Source: Octopus vulgaris (lineage: Eukaryota). From it: a DNA stretch of 64,000 nt. The DNA lies in assembly GCA_951406725.2 (NCBI GenBank), contig OX597824.1:78182001-78246000 (forward strand), in the 5' to 3' direction. Both the position numbers and the translations under genes were made by a program. The notes beneath the pieces were generated by a model. That model did not search any database. It had not been told where the DNA came from and saw nothing but the letters and a program-made list of their open reading frames with translations. Numbering within the stretch: position 1 is the stretch's first letter; the number at the start of each line of letters is the position of its first letter. Shown piece after piece: positions 55,475 through 64,000 of this stretch.

Positions 55475-57440
55475 CTGGTTCAGTGCCTTGCCCGAACCAA
55501 TGTAACTCTTCTACGCCAGATGTCCCTGTCGAGTGTTCGAAGAAGCACGAACGTCTGGCCTGGATTTTAGTCATGTTGGTCTTTCACAAGCAGAAATTTC
55601 TCATCAGCGCCCTTTCGACTACATATGTTAGCATTTGTTCACTAACTGAGCCGGTTGATTCATGCCACAGACGTTTTGTTGTCTGTTCATCCGCTCAGCA
55701 TCTAGTGATATTCACCATTGACTTAATAACTCCAACTACAGAAATAGCTCACATCCACCATGCTTGCTTCCCTCTATTTCAACGTACCCTGGACCGGATG
55801 GTTACATGGTGTTTAACCCGTGGCTGGGGGCCCTGACAGATGGCCACTACTCCCGATGAGGGTAGACCTTGAGACTATAGTGACTAACAGGTGATTCCAC
55901 ACTCATCGAAACCCTAGAAGTCCGAACCAGGGTCCTACAACCGGATGCAGCCATACGCAAGACTGTATCTTAACATAAAGTACTAGTCAAATACGGAAGT
56001 TGATTTAACTTCAATAGCCTAAAGTGCATGCCATTGTGGGTGTATGTTAATATAAGGCATTAATAATGTACGGGACAGATTTAAACGACTATAACTCTAA
56101 CACAAAATACGTGATGTATGTTAGAAGCTATTAATAATTAATTATTTTTGTTCAAAATTTTACCCCATCTCCACCATAACACATCCCATTTCTTGTTCAA
56201 CACGACAGAGAATAATGAGGTGTGAGCACTTCGTGCTTATCCCGAAGTTTCCATTTTGTATATTTTGCTTGACTGTTGTTTGTGTATTTACATGTTTTTT
56301 TTTTTGTTTTTCTTTTTGGCTTTTGCTAGGGATTTTTTTTTCCTCTCTTTTAAAATGATGTCTTAAAATACAATTTCAAACTGTTAATTGACCGATTCTC
56401 TAAATATAGTTGACTTATTATATTATATTACATTTTATGCTATTTTCTATTTGTTTCACCTTATTCACTGTAGAAATCTAAAGATTTCAGCTGCCTGTCT
56501 CTCCGTCTCTCTGTCTCTGTCTATGTCTGGCTACTTGAATAATTGTCTCTTTGTCTCGTTCAATTCGAATGTCTGCTATTGGTTAGGGATGGGATAGGGG
56601 CGAGTAAGGTAACTATAGAATATCCGGGTCACTATTATAAAAATATTTGATGCGTTCAAATCCCGCCGAAGTCAGCTATATCTTTATTCTTCCCTGGGCC
56701 GATAAACAATAAGGCATAAAAATAATGGAATCGATAAATTGTTAAATCTTTGCCGAAATTTTTGACTTTATACTTGTGTTACAAAATATTACATTAGTTA
56801 TTGATTAGGCGCAGACCTGACAGCGTAGTTAAGGAGCTCGCCTTGCAACCAAGAGGTTACGGGTTCAGTCCCACCGCGCGGCATCTTGGGCAAGTGTCGT
56901 CTACTGTAGCCCCGGGACGACCAATACCTTGTGAATGAATACCGTGTGACAGCTCGTCCTGTGTGTGCGTGTGTCGACAAAGTAAGTACCAGTTACAACA
57001 CCGGCGTAGATGTATCGACTTACAGGCCTCTACCGAAATTGCTGGTCTTGTGCAAAAATTTGAAACGTATCAGAGCTTACCTATTCCCATTATTATTTTA
57101 GAATTTTCAGATATGATATATTAAATATTAATTTTTCAGGATAAATAATAGTCAATGTTCAAAGATGCTTAATTGAATTCTCTGCTATATGAGCGATTAG
57201 CCAAGGGGTGAAATTTTAACTTTTAGATATAATGCATTTACATTATACTTAACAATTAGACCTGATGTATTTGCATTATTGTTACGTAATTTATATATAT
57301 ATATGATGTATTAACAGCTAATTTCACGAAAGATTGGTAAAAATAATACCAGGCTTGCTATCTTCTGAGTAAGAATCATCTTGAGGAGGAAGAAACCTCA
57401 GAGAAACTGGGTCCATTGCATGGGATTAAAATATCCTTTC

Positions 57441-58066
57441 ATCTATAGGTACAAGAACTCAAATTTGAGGGAGGGGAATAATCGATTACATCGATCCCAG
57501 TGTTTCACAGGTAGTTAATTTATCGACCCTGAGAGAATGAAAGCCAAAGTCAACCACGGCTGAATTTGAACTCAGAACGTAGCGACGGGCGAAATACCGC
57601 TAAGCATTTCATCCAGCGTGCTAACGATTCTTTTCTACTCTAGACACAAGGTTCGAAATTTTGGGGGAGGGGGCAAGTCAATTAGGTCGATCCCCTGAAC
57701 GCAACTGGTACTTAGTTTATCGACTACGGAATGATGAAAAGCAAATCAACCTCGGTGAATTTGAACTCGGAACGTAGCGACTGGCGAAATACCTATTTCT
57801 TACACAAGGGGCTAAACACAGAGAGGTCAAACAAGGACAGACAAAGGGATTAAGCCGATTACATCGACCCCAGTGCGTAACTGGTACTTAATTTATCGAC
57901 CCTGAAAGGCAAAGTTGACCTCGGCGGAATTTGAACTCAGAACGTAGCGGCAGACGAAATACCTATTTCTTTACTACCCACAAGGGGCTAAACACAGAGA
58001 GGTCAAACAAGGACAGACAAACGGATTAAGTCGATTATATCGACCCCAGTGCGTAACTGGTACTTG
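57441..58066 (-). mobile_element. SINE family D tandem array (about 4 units)
   Basis: Repeated GAAATACCTATTTC junctions at about 57787 and 57956. Confidence 0.85.
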
Positions 58067-58977
58067 TGTATGTAGCATGCATTTATATGACGAGCTTGAT
58101 TCAGTTTCCGTTTACCAAATCCATCTACAAGGCTTTCGTTGGCTCGAGGCGATAATAGATCCTGGAAACATGCGGTCGGGAAACGAACTTCTTACCACTC
58201 AGCCATACTTCAGCGATACTCAACGAATTGCGCCGGTCATCAACATCTTATCACAACAACAACAACAACAACAACAACAAACCGCAAATGCATTCATGTT
58301 TACGCCCCACCAACAATAAACTACAAACTACGTCAGCTACCAACCAGCCAGCCAACCATACACACAACGAAAAGATCAACATAAAAACACGGACGTATCC
58401 TTCACAGCATCTGTCATATTCAAACACAAACACACACCATACAAACAACACTACCACTAACAAACAAAAACACACAACATACAAACAACACTACCACTAG
58501 CAAACACCATCGCTACCGCCGCCGCAGCCGCCGCCACCGCTAGCCGTACCACCACTACTAACAACAGCAGTAACAACCATGATCGCATCCATAACCATCA
58601 TCACATCAAAAAAAAGCAACAACAGCAATTCTGTTTCCTAGAATAATTTGAAAAGGTTTGAGAGCGAATAAATATAGAAGCTTATTTTAGAAAAAAAAAA
58701 TATTCATGACCATCTCAATAATTAAAATCCTTCAAATTCAGTTATTTTTAAGATGATTGATAACAAAATGTCGTGGGGAGGTTCGGAAGATGTTTGGCAG
58801 AGTTATTTATTAAAAGAATTAAACTAGTGAAAAATTTTTAATATAATTAGATCGGAAAGTTAAAACTTCGATAGAAGAAAAGGATAGTATTAAAAATGCG
58901 GATTTCTAATTCAGACACAAGACTAGTAAGTTTGTGAGAAGGAGTGCTGGACGATCATAATGACCGCGTCTGAGTAT

Positions 58978-59635
58978 AACTGGTACTTTGTAGTATTGAT
59001 CTCAGAGACTTGAAAGACGGAGTTGACGCAGCAAGGTGGCCTAGTGCTTAGAGCAGCGGACTCGCGGTCGAGGAATCGCTGGTTCGAATCTCAGACCGGG
59101 TGACGTGTGTGTTTATGAGCGAAACACCTAAGCTCCACAACTGGTACTTTGTAGTACTGATCTCAGAGACTTGAAAGGCGGGGTTGACGCAGCAAGGTGG
59201 CCTAGAGGTTAGAGCAGCGGACTCGCGGTCGAGGAATCGCGGGTTCGAATCTCAGACCGGGCAACGTGTGTGTTTATGAGCAAAACACCTAAGCTCCACA
59301 ACTGGTACTTTGTAGTATTGATCTCAGAGACTTGAAAGGCGGAGTTGACGCAGCAAGGTGGCCTAGTGGTTAGAGCAGCGGACTCGCGGTCGAGGAATCG
59401 CGGGTTCGAATCTCAGACCGGGCGATGTGTGTGTTTATGAGCAAAATCACCTAAGCTCCACGCGGCTCCGGCAGAAGATTAATGGCGAAATTCTGCTGAC
59501 TTGTTCGCCACAACTTTCTCTCACTCTTTCCTGCGACGGACCGGCGTCCCGTCCAGGTAGGGGAACCTATATGCCAAGGAAACCGGGAAACCGGCTCTTA
59601 CGAGCCAGGCATGTCTCGTGAAGGAATAAAAAACA
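58978..59635 (+). repeat. 161-bp triplication of flank plus tRNA-like SINE head; the last unit runs into the SINE body
   Basis: Units start with AACTGGTACTTTG at 58978, 59139 and 59300. Confidence 0.9.
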
Positions 59636-59916
59636 AGCAGGATGTGAATTTAGAACGTTAAAAGCAATAACAAATACGACAAACAATTTCCTTCAACACT
59701 AAAGACTCCGATGATTCACCGACCTCAAGAGACTAAACAATAGTGGATGTTCTCTTCTGATTTAACTATTTAAATTCTTCCTCTGAGGGAGGAGCAGGTT
59801 TCTAACAAAAATAAATTGGAATATAGATAAGAAAATCTTGGGAAAAGTTTTGCATATTTTTACTGTTCTACTTAATGCACTTAGGCATTTATTCTCGATA
59901 TATATATATATATATA

Positions 59917-60090
59917 CCGTATTTTCCGCACTATAAGGCGCACCTAAAAACCTTCAATTTTCTCAAAAGCCGACGGTGCGCCTTATATGTGGACCAATAT
60001 TGAGCCACAACAGGTCTCGAAACTACGGTAAGCAGCCGCCGACTTCATTTTCTCTCGTAGAAGAAGCGCGCGGTGCATGCTGGGATATAT
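59917..60090 (+). mobile_element. left end of a Tc2/pogo-type DNA transposon
   Basis: TA-CCGTATTTTCCGCACTATAAGGCGCACC terminus with a subterminal inverted GGTGCGCCTTATA. Confidence 0.7.
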
Positions 60091-60126
60091 GACTGGGATA
60101 TATATAAATATATATATATATATATA

Positions 60127-60513
60127 TTCTTTTACTGGTTTCAGTCATTTGACTGCTGCCATGCTGGAGCACCGCCTCTAGTTGAGGAAATCGACCCCAG
60201 GACTTATTCTTTGTAAGCCTATTACTTATTCTATCGGACTCTTTTTGCCGAACCTCTAAGTTACGGGGACGTAAACACACCAGTATCTGTTGTCAAGTGA
60301 TGTTGAGGGTACAAACACAGACACACAAACACACACACATACATATATATACATATATACGACGGGCTTCTTTCAGTTTCCATCTACCAAATATATTCAC
60401 AAGGCTTTGGTCGGCCCGAAGCTATAGTAGAAGACACTTGGCCAAGGTGCCACGCAGTGGGACTGAAACCGGAACCATGTGGCTGGTAAGCTAGCTACTT
60501 ACCACACAGCCAT
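60127..60513 (-). mobile_element. SINE family B
   Basis: Near full-length match to the other family B copies. Confidence 0.88.
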
Positions 60514-60515
60514 GA

Positions 60516-60594
<79 letters not shown>

Positions 60595-60729
60595 CTTGTT
60601 GGGTTGTAACAAAAAATTATCAAGTGGTGGTGATTTAGTATGTGATTTCTTCTCTCACGTGACAAATGCATTATAACATATTTCCTGGAAGATTACATTT
60701 CAACACATCTTACTATAATATTACTGTGT

Positions 60730-61830
60730 GTATATTATTTTTACTGTTTGTACGTTAACGGAGAAAATTGAGGAAGTTAGATATATTTTCAGGATTTAAT
60801 AATGTGCAAAAGAGATATGTGCAGTTTATGGAGGTGGTGCCACTATCGAGATGGTTGTTCATAAGCGGTACACTGAAAAAGGCGGCGAGCTGGCAGAAAC
60901 GTTAGCACGCCGGACGAAATGCGTAACTGTATTTCCTCTGCCGTTACGTTCTGAGTTCAAATTCCGCCGAGGTCGACTTTTCCTCTCATCCTTTCGGGGT
61001 CGATAAATTAAGTACCAGTTACACACTGGGGTCGATATAATCGACTTAATCCGTTTGTTTGTCCACTCTGTATTTAGCCCCTTGTGGGTAGTAAAGAAAT
61101 AGGTACACTGAAATTAGGAGTGAAGATTTTCATCTGGAAGAGCATGAACGTTGCCGCAGACCTACAGTCGTAGATGATGAACAAAGAAAAAATGCTAATA
61201 AAAATAATCCCGGTCACATGACACGAGGCATCGCAGAGATATTCCACATGTCTTATATAAAGGTTATAAGACTATTTTTAAAAAATTAGGTACGTGAATC
61301 GCTACGATATTTTGGATACATCATAATTTAACAAAATAAAGTAAATATAACGCATTTCAGTCAGCAATTTTCAGCTCAAACACAGCATAACATATCCAGT
61401 TTTGAAAAGAACGATATTAAGTGATGAAACTCGAATTGTTTACAACCATGTAGAGAGAAAAGGGTCCTGGAAGAAAAGAAATGAATCACATTTAATCATT
61501 TCAAAATCGGTCAGTATCCGGTGATAATGTTCTGTATCTGATTGGGTTGGAAGGACACTATGTATTACGAGTTCCCTCTGCAAAATCAGATATTGAATTC
61601 AGATAATTATTCTTCCCAATTACACCGATTAAAGAAGGTGATCGATGAAAAGTGCCCAGAATTGGCCTATCAGATGGATATCGTCTTCCTTTAGAACAAC
61701 GTTAGAACTCATCTTTCATTGGAGTCCCGGCAGAAATCGTTACAGGTTGACATTCACCAGACCTTGCACATTCGGATTACCATTTATTTCTATCCCTACA
61801 AAATTCCATTAATGGGAGTTAACTTGTATA
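60730..61830 (+). mobile_element. decayed mariner transposase interrupted by a SINE D (60879-61103)
   Basis: Fragments AKEICAVYG, WIHHNLT (WVPHEL-like), SDETRIVYNHV and SPDLAHSDYHLF. Part of it is duplicated at about 62030-62160. Confidence 0.75.
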
Positions 61831-62249
61831 ATTCTGAAGCTATGGAAAGTAAGGAAGTAGATGGACGGATAGTGCCCATCATATTGGGTTTACTTGGGGC
61901 TAGGAAGAAAGAAAGAAAGAAACAGAGAGAGAGAGAAAAAGAAACTAAAAAGAGAAAAGAAAGAACGATAAAATGAAAAAGGGAGACAGAGAGAAAGAAA
62001 AATAGAGTTTGAGAAAGAAAAAGGTTATAAGGCATCTAAAAACACTTGGATAGGTGAATCGCTACGATACTTTGGATACATCATAATTTAACAAAAATAT
62101 ATAAATGTAACGTATTTGTGTCTGAAATTTTCAGCTCAAACGCAGCAAAGCATATGCAGGAAGAAAGGAAGGAATAAAGGAAGGAAGGAAGGAAAGAAGG
62201 AAAGAAAGAAGAAAGGAAATAAACAAACAAACAAAGGACACAAACAGAA

Positions 62250-62456
62250 TGATTTTGATTTTGATTTTGATTTTTCCAGTTTCAGCTCATGAGCTGTGGC
62301 CATGCTGGGGCACCGCCATTTGGTTTGCTACATGATTTTACCTCACGAATGCTATTTAGCAACTGCCATTTGGTGCATGAGAAAGTTCGATGCAGCTGCC
62401 CTCATCTGCACCTCCTGCCGTGAAGTTGGTTTATCCGGGACACCTGACAGGAAGAG
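62250..62456 (-). mobile_element. 3' end of a CR1/L2-group LINE with (AAAATC)n tail
   Basis: LFLSGVPDKPTSRQEVQMRAAASNFLMHQMAVAK*, then the 3' UTR GGCGGTGCCCCAGCATGGCCACAGCTCATGAGCTGAAAC. Confidence 0.72.
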
Positions 62457-62808
62457 AATGATAATAAGTAGAGAGAACGATAGGCATAGAGAGAGAAATA
62501 AATAAAAGACATTTCATATTTTAAAAGAAAACTTAACGTTACGAAAAGCAAGCAGACAGGACAGAACCAGCGAATATTTATTTGTAAGTTTTCTGAAGAG
62601 ACATATTTGAAGTAAGATTCATAGTTTTGTTTACTTCTCGTAGTAAATTACATCTTTGATAAACAAGAAATTAAATCTAATTTTGAAAAGAACGGTTGTT
62701 TAGTAAGTTAAATGCTTTTCACGATGGCATTGAGATATGAAGGCAGTTGGGTGAGAAAGAGAAGAATGAGAGAAATCGAAATATATACGTAACGCACACA
62801 CATATATT

Positions 62809-62926
<118 letters not shown>

Positions 62927-63022
62927 TATACATATATATATACATATATATATATACATATATATATACATATATATATATATATACATATATGTATACA
63001 TACATATATATATATATATATG

Positions 63023-63874
63023 CAAGGTGCGATGGGTACATTGTTGTCATTTTAGATTTTTCATTTTGCGTATGTGTATTGGGTATTTTTGACTTTGTCG
63101 ACTACACAGTATAGTAGGGTCACCTGGGCACCGTCTGTGAGAGAAACACCACCATGACGCAATTCACAAGGCCAGAAATTTGGAAGCAATATGCTGTACT
63201 GCTTGGCATTCACACCAGAAGCTCTAATATGAACAGATGGTGAACACAAAGTACAACCGTTGGCTTGCTGTATCCCCAAAACATGTACCGAAAGTGATAA
63301 AATCAAACATCCAGTCAACATCAGGGTGTTTGGAGTGATCACTAGTGACGGCGACGTTATGTTTCCATTCATTTTCATGGAGGCCTACATCAAGTGCCTT
63401 GAGGTGATAGTGCAGCCCTGGGTCAAGAGGGTGGCTGCTGGAAGACCCTATGTCTGGCAACAGCAGCCTGCACGTTGCCACACAAGCAGGAGTATCCAGT
63501 CATGACGGTCAGACAACTTTTGCGACCACATCAACACTAGCATCTGGTCACCTAACTACCCACACTGTAACTCGTTTGATTAATATGTGTAGAGCACAAC
63601 TGAGCACCCAACAAAAGACCAAAGATGAATTGAGGGTAAGGATTATGGCAGCATTCACCAACTTAAACAAGGGCACAATCCAGAAGAGTTGCAGGGAATT
63701 CCGAAGTCGACTGGAGGGTCGTCGATGATGCCAATGGTAATTTTTATATAATAATTTTACTCATTAATATTTCAAGATATTTTTATGTAATTTTGGTAAA
63801 TATATCCTGTTAAAATGAGATGTCAGTTATTTTCATTTTTGCATCATTTAGACGACAATATATACACAGCACGT
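63023..63874 (+). mobile_element. internally deleted DD37D (maT) transposon, third copy
   Basis: Same termini and the motif KIKHPVNIRVFGVITSDG...PYVWQQ..A.CHTS. Confidence 0.85.
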
Positions 63875-63879
63875 ATATA

Positions 63880-63927
<48 letters not shown>

Positions 63928-64000
63928 TTTGTGTGTGTGTGTGTGTGTATGAGTGTGTGTGTGTGTGTGTGAGCTTTACTCGGGATTAAAATGGCATAGT

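Noticed and set aside
55590-55915. CTGATGA (minus, about 55600) and CCGATGAG...CGAAAC (55853-55902)
   Set aside because: The required stems do not form; the region looks like a decayed retroelement.
58978-59461. Regularly spaced repeats suggesting a CRISPR array
   Set aside because: They are whole-unit tandem repeats without unique spacers, in a eukaryotic context with no cas genes.

Overview
AT-rich eukaryotic genomic DNA saturated with microsatellites and retroposons. The repeat content most resembles a coleoid cephalopod, probably Octopus (inference from repeat families, not verified). There is no intact host gene, only two weak minus-strand exon candidates; almost all listed ORFs are microsatellite or SINE artefacts. 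The window contains: four tRNA-headed SINE families; 5'-truncated LINEs (RTE-like, an R4/Dong-like RLE element in a (TAA)n tract, and a CR1/L2-like 3' end); three decayed Penelope-like elements (PLEs); three internally deleted DD37D (maT) transposons; a decayed mariner; a Tc2-type end; and a Helitron-like end. The main signal is roughly 20 minimal type-I hammerhead ribozyme (HHR) motifs, many decayed, often inside short fold-back elements sitting in (TA)n tracts. Their catalytic cores show all four Watson-Crick combinations at the tertiary 3-8 pair (C-G, U-A, A-U, G-C), which points to a diverse, functionally constrained ribozyme system linked to PLEs. All coordinates were read by eye, so element boundaries are approximate.
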